Source of the DNA: an uncultured virus (IMG/VR IMGVR_UViG_3300020362_000001)
Lineage: Duplodnaviria; Heunggongvirae; Uroviricota; Caudoviricetes
Strand: one strand, 5' to 3'
DNA length: 64,000 nucleotides
Virus record (IMG/VR): IMGVR_UViG_3300020362_000001
In this document: one piece after another, positions 10,288 through 19,056 of the stretch
Layout: each line of letters starts with the position of its first letter
Position numbering within the stretch: the stretch's first letter is position 1
Made by a program: the position numbers and the translations under genes
Notes under the pieces: model-generated
What the model was told of the DNA's origin: nothing
What the model saw: only the letters and a program-made list of their open reading frames with translations
Database searches by the model: none

Positions 10288-11793
10288 ATGAGTGTTTTAA
10301 AAGTAGGTGCAATACAACCCAATTCCGGAACTAAAGTAAATATTACTGGTAGTACATTATTAGTTACAACAGCAAGTGGGCATTTTAGTGGCTCATATGA
10401 GGGTGATGGTTCAAGATTAGAAGGAGTAGCAGGGTTCCCATTCACTGGTTCAGGTCAAATTTCAGGTTCATTATTAGTAACGGGTAGTTCTACATTAGCA
10501 TTAAGAGTTAGTGGTAGTAGTGCTTTTACAGGAAGTTTATTTGTTAGTGGTACTTTAAGTGGATCATTTTCAGGTAGTGGTGCCTCTTTAACTGGAATAG
10601 TTAGCTCATCTACAGCAGTATTAGCACAAACTGCTTCAGTAGCTACTAGGGCTAATGGTTTAGCACCCACTGTTACAGCTTCTTTTGCCGATATATCTAC
10701 ATTAGCAAGAGCTGGTTCAGGATCATTTAGTGGTTCATATCAAGGTGATGGTTCATTATTAACAGGTGTAGTAGCTTCAGGTTCGATACAATCAGCCTCT
10801 GTAGCTGTAAGAGCAACAACTTTAAGTCCTGCTGCAACAGCTAGTTTTGCAGATAAAGCAGATGAAGCAGTAACATCTATAGTAATACCAGTAACTGTAG
10901 TTGATGATGGAGGAAATAAATACGCATTTAATGGAGTTACGGCTCCTAAACTTTCACTTAAAAGAGGTTCAAGGTATAGATTTGATTTATCTGATAATAC
11001 TAATGATGGACATCCATTTGCTTTTAGACTACTAGATGATACTTCGTATACACCCGGTGTTACAACAGTAGGAACTGCTGGTAATGCAGGTGCATATGTA
11101 GATTTTGATGTTAATTTTGCAACCTCAGCTTCCTTAAAATATTATTGTACATCTCATGGTAACGGGATGGGTAACAGAGCTCAAATAATAGATGTATTAG
11201 ATGGTATAACTAGTGGCTCATTTAGTGGTTCATTCCAAGGTGATGGTAGTGAATTAAGTGGAGTAGGTGCCTTTCCATTTACAGGTTCTGGAACTATATC
11301 GGGATCATTATTAGTAACGGGAAGTTCTACTTTAGCATTAAGAGTAACTGGTAGTTCAGCATTAACTGGAAGTTTGTTTGTAAGTGGAACAGTAAGTGGA
11401 TCATTTATAGGTAATGGTTCCGGTTTAACAGGTGTAGGTGGTTTTCCACATACAGGTTCCGCTGATATATCAGGAACATTATTAGTAACAGGTTCAGCAT
11501 TTGTTACATCATTAACAGAAACATCAGCTTTAAGATATAAAAAATATGTTAAAGATTTAAATTCTGAAACAGATAATATCTATCAATTAAGACCAGTTCA
11601 TTTTAGATGGCGTGATGATAATAGAAAAGATTATGGGTTAATAGCGGAAGAGGTTGAAAAAATATATCCTGATTTAGTAACAAAAGGGGATAATGGTGAT
11701 GCTTTAGGTATAAGTTATACTAAACTAACAGCATTACTAGTAAAAACTATACAAGAATTAACAGATCGTGTAGAAAAATTAGAAAATAAATAA
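10288..11793 (+). CDS. Tail fibre with cupredoxin-like module and S74-like chaperone domain
   Basis: YYCTSHGNGMG module; ETSALRYKK..LRPVHFRW..GLIAEEV. Confidence 0.8.
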   Translation: MSVLKVGAIQPNSGTKVNITGSTLLVTTASGHFSGSYEGDGSRLEGVAGFPFTGSGQISGSLLVTGSSTLALRVSGSSAFTGSLFVSGTLSGSFSGSGASLTGIVSSSTAVLAQTASVATRANGLAPTVTASFADISTLARAGSGSFSGSYQGDGSLLTGVVASGSIQSASVAVRATTLSPAATASFADKADEAVTSIVIPVTVVDDGGNKYAFNGVTAPKLSLKRGSRYRFDLSDNTNDGHPFAFRLLDDTSYTPGVTTVGTAGNAGAYVDFDVNFATSASLKYYCTSHGNGMGNRAQIIDVLDGITSGSFSGSFQGDGSELSGVGAFPFTGSGTISGSLLVTGSSTLALRVTGSSALTGSLFVSGTVSGSFIGNGSGLTGVGGFPHTGSADISGTLLVTGSAFVTSLTETSALRYKKYVKDLNSETDNIYQLRPVHFRWRDDNRKDYGLIAEEVEKIYPDLVTKGDNGDALGISYTKLTALLVKTIQELTDRVEKLENK

Positions 11794-11801
11794 ATTAAGT
11801 T

Positions 11802-12059
11802 ATGGCAATAAAACAAACAAAAGTAACAGACGAAGAACTAAAACAAATTTCCGAATTTCAAACAAGTATAGATAGAATAACTATTGATTTAGGTCAATTA
11901 GCTTTAAAAAAATTAAGTCTTGATAAGGAGGAAGAATATTTAGAATCGGAGTATGAGAAAATTTTAGAAAAAGAAAAACAATTAGGAGATAATTTAAAAG
12001 AAAAATATGGAGAAGCTCAAATTGACTTAAAAACGGGTGAGATAGTGTATCCCAAATAA
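11802..12059 (+). CDS. Small coiled-coil protein, possibly a fibre assembly factor
   Basis: Heptad-rich; ends KYGEAQIDLKTGE; lies between fibres and sheath. Confidence 0.45.
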   Translation: MAIKQTKVTDEELKQISEFQTSIDRITIDLGQLALKKLSLDKEEEYLESEYEKILEKEKQLGDNLKEKYGEAQIDLKTGEIVYPK

Positions 12060-12111
12060 TGTTTTTGAGAACTTCTTATATATTTATCATTGATAAAATA
12101 ACTAGACAAAA

Positions 12112-13872
12112 ATGGCTGAAACTTTACTATCCCCAGGAGTATTAACCCGTGAGAACGATCAAACCCTAGTAACACAGGGTCCTACCACGGCAGGTGCTGC
12201 GCTTTTAGGTCCTACAGTAAAAGGTCCTGTAAACATCCCTACATTAGTTACATCATTTAGTGACTATAAAAATAAATTTGGTGGTGCTTTTGAAAGTGCA
12301 AGTATCGCATATGAATATCTCACTTCAATAGCTGCTTTTAATTACTTTCAAGCAGGAGGTGAATCAATATTAGTAACCAGAATTGTATCTGGTACGTATT
12401 TACCCGCTACAGCATCCGTAGCTGCATTAGGAACAGGATCAGGAGATTATACTACTGGTTCCTTTGTATTAGAAACCCTTTCACAAGGTGATTTAATGAA
12501 TAACTCAGGTAGTGTTACAACTAGTGGTTCATTAGCAGGAGGTACGGGAGATAATCTTCGTTATGAAATAGCAAGTCTAGATTCAGGTAGTGGTCAATTC
12601 AGCCTATTGATCAGAAGAGGTGATGATAATGAGAAAAATAAAACTATACTTGAAACATTTAATGATTTATCATTAGATCCTAATTCTAATAATTATATAG
12701 AAAAAATAATAGGTAATCAAGTACAAAATTTTGATACAGACAGTGACGGTAATAGATTTATCCAAGTTACAGGTTCATTTAGAAATAATTCATCATTTGT
12801 AAGAGTAAAATCAGTTACTAATCCTACTTTAAATTATTTAGATAATGATGGTAATTTTAAACCACAATATACTTCTTCATTACCTAAAATTGGTAGTGGT
12901 TCAGTAAATGGTGTAGGAGAAAGAGGGGCATTTGGTGGAGGAAAAGGACCTAAATTTGGTCTTGGAACAGGTGGACAACGTCTAAGAATGTTTGATGAAA
13001 TAAGTGTTGCATCAATCCAAGGTGTTGCCGCTGCAGATTATACTGCCTCAATAGCTTTATTACAAAATAAAGATGAATATGATTTTGAAGTAATTACTAT
13101 CCCTGGTGTAACAATACAAAATGGTGCTATAGCAACTACTACATTAATCGATACTGTTACAAATAGAGGAGATGCAATTGCTGTAGTAGATACTAGAAAT
13201 TATGGTGCTACAATTAATCAGGCAATAACATCAGCTGGAACAGTTGATTCAAGTTTTGCTGCTACATATTGGCCTCATGTTCAAGTATTATCACCAGAAA
13301 CTAATAAATTAGTATATGTACCTGCTTCAACATTAATACCAGCAGTTTATGCAACTAATGATAGATTAGGTGCTGAATGGTTCGCTCCAGCTGGATTTAA
13401 TAGAGGTGGTGTAGGTGGTGCTATACAAGCAGAAAGAAAATTACCACCTGCTGATAGAGATAAATTGTATGCTGGAAAAGTAAACCCAATTGCTTCTTTC
13501 CCAGGACAAGGACCTGTAATATTTGGTCAGAAAACACTACAAACAAAAGCTACATCATTAGATAGAGTAAATGTTCGTAGATTATTAATTGAATTAAAAC
13601 GTACGATTGGACAAATTGGTGAAGGGTTGTTATTTGAACAAAATACAGCTGCCACTAGAGGTAGATTCCTAAACCAAGTAAATCCATTCTTAGAATCTGT
13701 ACAACAAAGACAAGGTATATTTGCCTTTAGAGTTGTAATGGATGAAACTAATAATACTGCTGATGTAATTGATAGAAATCAGTTGGTAGGACAGATATTT
13801 ATTCAACCAACAAGAACGGCTGAATTTATAATTCTAGACTTTAATATCACACCTACTGGAGTAGAAATTTAA
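12112..13872 (+). CDS. Tail sheath protein (gp18-like)
   Basis: SPGV N-terminus; WFAPAGFNRG, FGQKTLQ, DRVNVRRL, FEQN, PTRTAEFI. Confidence 0.95.
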   Translation: MAETLLSPGVLTRENDQTLVTQGPTTAGAALLGPTVKGPVNIPTLVTSFSDYKNKFGGAFESASIAYEYLTSIAAFNYFQAGGESILVTRIVSGTYLPATASVAALGTGSGDYTTGSFVLETLSQGDLMNNSGSVTTSGSLAGGTGDNLRYEIASLDSGSGQFSLLIRRGDDNEKNKTILETFNDLSLDPNSNNYIEKIIGNQVQNFDTDSDGNRFIQVTGSFRNNSSFVRVKSVTNPTLNYLDNDGNFKPQYTSSLPKIGSGSVNGVGERGAFGGGKGPKFGLGTGGQRLRMFDEISVASIQGVAAADYTASIALLQNKDEYDFEVITIPGVTIQNGAIATTTLIDTVTNRGDAIAVVDTRNYGATINQAITSAGTVDSSFAATYWPHVQVLSPETNKLVYVPASTLIPAVYATNDRLGAEWFAPAGFNRGGVGGAIQAERKLPPADRDKLYAGKVNPIASFPGQGPVIFGQKTLQTKATSLDRVNVRRLLIELKRTIGQIGEGLLFEQNTAATRGRFLNQVNPFLESVQQRQGIFAFRVVMDETNNTADVIDRNQLVGQIFIQPTRTAEFIILDFNITPTGVEI

Positions 13873-13904
13873 AAAGGCAATATTTATAATAAACATAAAA
13901 TAAA

Positions 13905-14390
13905 ATGGCAGTAAAAGATCCCAATGAAATAATGTTCACCGCCTTTGAACCTAAAGTGCAAAATAGGTTTATCATGTTCATTGATGGTATTCCATCATAC
14001 CTGATAAAAAACGCAGCTGCACCAGGATTTGAAGCAGGTGAAATAATATTAGATCATATTAACGTATACCGTAAGGTAAAAGGAAAAGTCAGATGGAATG
14101 ACATGGCTTTAACTTTATATGATCCAGTAACCCCTTCTGGAGCTCAAGCCGTAATGGAATGGGCAAGATTGGCACACGAAAGTGTTACAGGAAGAGATGG
14201 TTATTCCGATTTTTATAAAAAAGACCTACAATTAGATATATTAGGTCCCGTTGGAGACGTGGTTTCTCAATGGATAATTAAAGGAGCTTATTGTAAAACT
14301 GCCACATTTGGTGAATATGATTGGAGTGCTGATGCCGCAATTGATTTGAATATCACCATAGCTATGGATTATTGTATCCTAAACTTTTAA
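13905..14390 (+). CDS. Tail tube protein (gp19-like)
   Basis: Directly follows sheath; size and FEPK..NRF, YKKDL motifs. Confidence 0.85.
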   Translation: MAVKDPNEIMFTAFEPKVQNRFIMFIDGIPSYLIKNAAAPGFEAGEIILDHINVYRKVKGKVRWNDMALTLYDPVTPSGAQAVMEWARLAHESVTGRDGYSDFYKKDLQLDILGPVGDVVSQWIIKGAYCKTATFGEYDWSADAAIDLNITIAMDYCILNF

Positions 14391-14419
14391 TATACCCCAA
14401 CCCTCCATACCTCGAAAAT

Positions 14420-14451
14420 GGTGTTCTTTTTGGAACACCTTTTTCTTTTTT
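14420..14451 (+). terminator. Intrinsic terminator after tail tube gene
   Basis: GGTGTTC/GAACACC stem followed by T-rich tract. Confidence 0.8.
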
Positions 14452-14480
14452 ATATATTTATATCCAAATAAGTTATTAAT

Positions 14481-15248
14481 ATGGAGAAAAAAGTTACAGA
14501 ACAAAAATTTAAATTCCCCACTGAAACTGTTGATTTACCATCTAAAGGAATAATATATCCTAAGGATAATCCCTTATCTTCAGGTAAAGTAGAAATGAAA
14601 TACATGACTGCTAAGGAGGAGGATATTTTAACTAATCAAAATTTTATTAATAATGGTACAGTACTGGATAAATTATTAGAATCCCTAGTTGTATCTGATA
14701 TTAAAATTAATGATCTTATTATAGGTGATAAAAATGCTTTATTAATTGCATCTAGAGTGCTAGGTTATGGTAAAGATTATCAATTTAGATCTTTTAATAA
14801 AACAACAAATGAAATAGAAGATTTTACTGTAGATTTAACTACTTTAAAAGATAAAAATCTAGATCCAAAAGATTTAAAAGAGGAAGGAGTAAATGAATTT
14901 TCCTTTGATTTACCTACATCTAAAACATCTATTACATTTAAAATTCTTACACACGGAGATGAAAAGGCTATAGAAAAAGAAATAGCAGGATTACAAAAAA
15001 TTAATAAAAATAATATTCCGGAAATATCTACTAGATTATCTTATACTATTACTTCAGTAGATGGAAATAGAGAAAAAAAGGATATAAGAGAATTTGTAAG
15101 TACCTATTTACTAGCTAAAGATTCCAGAGCACTTAGGGAACACATTAAAAAAGTAGCTCCAGATGTAGATTTGGTATACAGGGGTGAGGACGACGAGGAG
15201 GGCGTTATCATACCAATAGGACTTAACTTTTTTTGGCCTGACGCCTGA
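14481..15248 (+). CDS. Baseplate hub / tail assembly chaperone (gp26-like)
   Basis: VDLPSKG, MTAKEEDIL, GDKNALLIASRVLGYG; position between tube and tape measure. Confidence 0.7.
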   Translation: MEKKVTEQKFKFPTETVDLPSKGIIYPKDNPLSSGKVEMKYMTAKEEDILTNQNFINNGTVLDKLLESLVVSDIKINDLIIGDKNALLIASRVLGYGKDYQFRSFNKTTNEIEDFTVDLTTLKDKNLDPKDLKEEGVNEFSFDLPTSKTSITFKILTHGDEKAIEKEIAGLQKINKNNIPEISTRLSYTITSVDGNREKKDIREFVSTYLLAKDSRALREHIKKVAPDVDLVYRGEDDEEGVIIPIGLNFFWPDA

Positions 15249-15501
15249 TTACAGACAGGGTTTATTTTCTCAAATACACGAAATAGTATTTCACGGTAAA
15301 GGAGGATTTGATTGGGATACTATCTATAACATGCCTATATGGCTTAGAAACTTTACTTATAAAAAAATGGAAGAATTTTATAAGAAAGAGCAAGAAGCTA
15401 ATAGTAAAAATTCTAATACTTTAAAAAATAGTAGAGAAATTCATAGACCGGATATTAAATCATCTAATGTTTATAACGCATCTATGCCTGTAAAAAAATA
15501 A
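15220..15501 (+). CDS. ATG-less ORF (gp51-like) probably reached by frameshift from the upstream gene
   Basis: +1 frame open 15220-15501: ..FFGLTPDYRQGLFSQIHEIVFHGKGGFDWDTIYNMPIWLR..; overlaps T7 run 15228-15234. Confidence 0.65.
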   Translation, partial: DLTFFGLTPDYRQGLFSQIHEIVFHGKGGFDWDTIYNMPIWLRNFTYKKMEEFYKKEQEANSKNSNTLKNSREIHRPDIKSSNVYNASMPVKK

Positions 15502-15519
15502 AATATTTCCACAAGAAAA

Positions 15520-15551
15520 TTTGGCTGCCCGGGAGACCTTTCGTACATTTA
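15520..15551 (+). promoter_or_regulatory. Early/middle promoter TTTGG-N15-TTCG-TAyATT (also 26325, 33839, 36518, 39807, 42894, 53017; degenerate at 4096, 24556, 47113, 51289, 55368)
   Basis: TAy box starts exactly 24 nt after the first base of the TTTGG box in every copy; resembles Bacteroidota TTTG/TAnnTTTG. Confidence 0.75.
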
Positions 15552-15581
15552 TGGCATAAATAAAAAAAGTAAAAAAAGGTT

Positions 15582-16361
15582 ATGTCAAATTTTAAATTAA
15601 ATTCAAATTCTATTAAGGGTTCATGGAGGCCTCAAACGGTTAAAATGAACGAATTATCATTCAATGATAATCTATTTATTCCAATGCCAACAGGTAGTAA
15701 AGTAGATCCATTATTTTCTGCCGATGGTGGTTTAATGAAAGGTACTAATTATGCAATAGTTGGTGATCCTGGAGTTGGTAAGTCTACTGTAATGTTAGAT
15801 ATACTTGCTGACCTTAAGTCAAAAGGTAAAGATGTATTGTTTATCTCTGGTGAGATGAATAGTATAGATATGCACGGATATGTAAAAAGATACCCTAAAT
15901 TCGGTAATTTAGATATCTTATTTATGGGTGATTACGTAGAAAAAGATCCATTAGTAGTATTAAAAAGTATATTAACTAAAGGATGGGACGTAGTTTTAAT
16001 AGATTCAATGGCGGAAGTTGTTAGTGCTGTTGCAGATTTCCATACCGGAATGACTAATAAAAAAGCAGAATCCGAAATATTAACACTACTAGAAAAGCAT
16101 AATAAAGCTGATAATATCAGTAAAACTAATACTGCGTTTTTAATAATTCAGCAGGTAACTAAAATGGGTGAATTTGCCGGTTCAAACAGGTTTAAACACA
16201 TGATGACAGGTATGGCTCATTTAAAGTTTGTAAATCAGGGAAGATGTTTCTTCTTTAGTAAGAACAGAAGAGGTGGTCAAATGGATGCCTTGTTCTTTTC
16301 CTTAGGTACAAACAAAAACGTAGGGTGGTTGCACACACAACCAATGAATGCCCTCGACTAA
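15582..16361 (+). CDS. RecA-superfamily ATPase (RadA/Sms- or KaiC-like)
   Basis: Walker A GDPGVGKST, LFISGE, Walker B VLIDS, SKNRRG. Confidence 0.75.
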   Translation: MSNFKLNSNSIKGSWRPQTVKMNELSFNDNLFIPMPTGSKVDPLFSADGGLMKGTNYAIVGDPGVGKSTVMLDILADLKSKGKDVLFISGEMNSIDMHGYVKRYPKFGNLDILFMGDYVEKDPLVVLKSILTKGWDVVLIDSMAEVVSAVADFHTGMTNKKAESEILTLLEKHNKADNISKTNTAFLIIQQVTKMGEFAGSNRFKHMMTGMAHLKFVNQGRCFFFSKNRRGGQMDALFFSLGTNKNVGWLHTQPMNALD

Positions 16362-16380
16362 TTTTTTACTTTTTTATTTT

Positions 16381-16406
16381 AAGAGGTCCTTAGGGACCTC
16401 TTTTTT
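16381..16406 (+). terminator. Intrinsic terminator
   Basis: GAGGTCC-TTAG-GGACCTC followed by T6. Confidence 0.85.
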
Positions 16407-16438
16407 ATCTCCATATTTATATACACACATTTATTGTT

Positions 16439-18631
16439 ATGGCTAACGGACCGGAACAAACTAAAAAAGAATTACAGAGAATAGGTGAAGAAGCAGCTGC
16501 CATATTTGAAGATGCTTTAACCAGTATAGCTGCTACTTTTGGAGCTAAATTAAGAGAGGAAACACAGTCCCTAGATGATTCTCAAAAAATACTTCTTAGA
16601 AATTTTAAAAATAATATTCAAGCGGCAGCTCGTGGAGCTTCCTCACTACTTGGGATTCAGGATAAATTAATTGAAGGTTCTCTTACTCAAAATGATATAA
16701 CTAAAGCTCAAACTTCCTTAAGCACTCAAATTAATAAGATAAGAGTAGAACAAATTGCTCTTCAAAAACAGGGAATTACTTTATCCGCCAAAGAAGAGGA
16801 AAGAGCTTTAGATGCAGTAAATTTAATAAAAGAAAGAAAAAGAGAGCTTGAGGAAATAGTAGAAGTACAAAGAGAAATAGAAAAATCATTAGGATTAGTT
16901 GGTACGGCTTTTAAAGCTATAGGTGGTGTTTTAAATAAGTTAGGTATAAGTGATCCTTTTACTGAAGCTATACAAGCTACTCGGGCTGCTAGATCGGAAA
17001 TAGCTTTAAATAATAAAGCTATAGACAAATTAAGGGATGCAAACGGTAAAATCCCTATACAACATATAAAGACGGTAGCCGCAATAAAGGTACAAAATAA
17101 AAATTTAAAAGACCAAACTAGTTTAAGTAAAAATTTATTAGATTCTTTAAGTGAAAGACTTACTTTACAAAATTTAATAGCAGCAACCGGTGCTAAAGTA
17201 TTAAATTCTTTATTTGTAGTAAATGAAGCACAAACTGAATTTAGAAGATTAACAGGTGAAAGTGCAACTGGTATAGGATTATTAAATGATGGACTAGTAA
17301 CATCCTCAGAATTAATTAAAACACAGGTTGATTTAACTAATCAATTTGGAATAAATTCCAGATTATTATTTCCTCCTGAAGTTTTACAAAGAGTATCAGA
17401 AGTCACTAAGGCAATAGGTCTTAGCACTGAAAGTTCAGGTAATTTAGCCAGATTCTCTAAATTAGCAGGAGATAATTTTAGTGATCAATTGGATTCAGTT
17501 ACTAGAATTACACCTAAAGCATTTTCTCAAAAACAAATACTAGAAGAAACTGGTAATGTTTCAAGTGATATAGCACTTTCTTTTGGAAATTCAGTTACGC
17601 AATTAGGAAAAGCAGTTATAGAAGCCAGAAAATTAGGATTAACTATAAGCCAAATTAATGGAATTGCTGATAGTTTATTAGATATTGAATCTTCCATAGC
17701 GGCCGAATTTGAAGCTGAAGTAATTTCCGGTAAATCCTTAAATTTTGAAAAAGCTAGACTTTTTGCTTTAAATAATGATATAGCTGGATTAACTCAGGAA
17801 ATAGCCGAAAATGAAGAACTTACTAAGGATTTTGCCAATGCTAGTAGGGTAGAACAAGAAGCATTAGCGGCTACCCTAGGAATGAGTAGACAACAGATGG
17901 CAGATATGGTAATGCAATCTGATACATTTAACACATTATCCCAGGAACAAAAAGAAAGGGCATCTGGATTAAATGCCGAAGCACTTGAACAATTAACTAT
18001 CCAACAAAGTATTGAAACTTCTATTAATAAAATTACAGAAGCATTAGCAGGTCCTATAGAGCAATTTGCACAATTAATTCAATTTGCTGTTAAATATTCT
18101 AGTGTAATAGCCGCTGTAGTTGCTGGCACTACGGCAATAAGGGCTGTTAATACAGCTATAATTGCACAACAAAAACTAAAAAATAATTTAAGTAAAAAAG
18201 AAGCCCTTATAGAAGCAGCTAAAGCCGCAACTTCTGCACTTAGGAATCCTATTGCACTAGTTGCAGGAGTATTAGCAGCAGGAGTAGCTTATGCCGCAGC
18301 TAGTTCATTTATTAACAAAGCAGGAGATGCTATAATACCCTCCGGTGGGCGTGGTCCTATTATTTCCCCTAAAGAAGGAGGATTAATCCAAGGAACCCCA
18401 AATGATGATGTACTAATGGCTCCTGGTATAGCTGGTGGAGTAGGAGGAAGTGGATTAGGAAATAGAAATACTCCATCTACTACTACAGTAACATTATCAG
18501 ATCAACAAATACAAAAAATTGCTAATGCTGTAAGAGAGGGAGCATCCAAAGCTACTATTAATTTAGATGGTGATAGAGTTTCTTCACGTTTACAAACACC
18601 AATGGTACTTAATACTCTTCCTGGAGTTTAA
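16439..18631 (+). CDS. Tape measure protein
   Basis: Long Ala/Leu-rich helical protein; LLDIESSIAAEFEAE motif; position after chaperone. Confidence 0.75.
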   Translation: MANGPEQTKKELQRIGEEAAAIFEDALTSIAATFGAKLREETQSLDDSQKILLRNFKNNIQAAARGASSLLGIQDKLIEGSLTQNDITKAQTSLSTQINKIRVEQIALQKQGITLSAKEEERALDAVNLIKERKRELEEIVEVQREIEKSLGLVGTAFKAIGGVLNKLGISDPFTEAIQATRAARSEIALNNKAIDKLRDANGKIPIQHIKTVAAIKVQNKNLKDQTSLSKNLLDSLSERLTLQNLIAATGAKVLNSLFVVNEAQTEFRRLTGESATGIGLLNDGLVTSSELIKTQVDLTNQFGINSRLLFPPEVLQRVSEVTKAIGLSTESSGNLARFSKLAGDNFSDQLDSVTRITPKAFSQKQILEETGNVSSDIALSFGNSVTQLGKAVIEARKLGLTISQINGIADSLLDIESSIAAEFEAEVISGKSLNFEKARLFALNNDIAGLTQEIAENEELTKDFANASRVEQEALAATLGMSRQQMADMVMQSDTFNTLSQEQKERASGLNAEALEQLTIQQSIETSINKITEALAGPIEQFAQLIQFAVKYSSVIAAVVAGTTAIRAVNTAIIAQQKLKNNLSKKEALIEAAKAATSALRNPIALVAGVLAAGVAYAAASSFINKAGDAIIPSGGRGPIISPKEGGLIQGTPNDDVLMAPGIAGGVGGSGLGNRNTPSTTTVTLSDQQIQKIANAVREGASKATINLDGDRVSSRLQTPMVLNTLPGV

Positions 18632-18654
18632 TATTTATATCCAAACCCTATATT

Positions 18655-19053
18655 ATGAGCATATTAGATTTATACAATAACCCACCTAATAATGGTAGAC
18701 AAATTCGCTTTAAAAATGGTGAAGCTGATAAAACTGTAAGTGAATATCAAGCTTATCAAAAAAATGATCAAACATCACTAAAAAATTCAAAATTACATTT
18801 TGAATCACCTGCTCAAGCCGGTTTCTCAAGTGATGGTACACCAAAAGTAAAGCTAAATAGTGATAGATATTTTGCTGTAGGAGAAAGACCTTCTGATTTA
18901 TCAATGAATCAAGGTAAAACTATAAACACTACTGAATTTCAACAACCATATACCCCAGATAGTCCTTACCAATATGAAGCTATAAACGATGATTTAAAAG
19001 GTTTAGCTGATACTGCTGGTGCATCGGATATTATTGCAGGTTTAGAAAGATAA
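18655..19053 (+). CDS. Hypothetical virion-module protein
   Basis: ORF preceded by TATTTAT. Confidence 0.45.
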   Translation: MSILDLYNNPPNNGRQIRFKNGEADKTVSEYQAYQKNDQTSLKNSKLHFESPAQAGFSSDGTPKVKLNSDRYFAVGERPSDLSMNQGKTINTTEFQQPYTPDSPYQYEAINDDLKGLADTAGASDIIAGLER

Positions 19054-19056
19054 TAG

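Noticed and set aside
3476..11175. Duplicated fibre segment as a DGR template/variable repeat pair
   Set aside because: Both copies are coding, differences are mostly third-position rather than adenine-specific, and no reverse transcriptase is in the window
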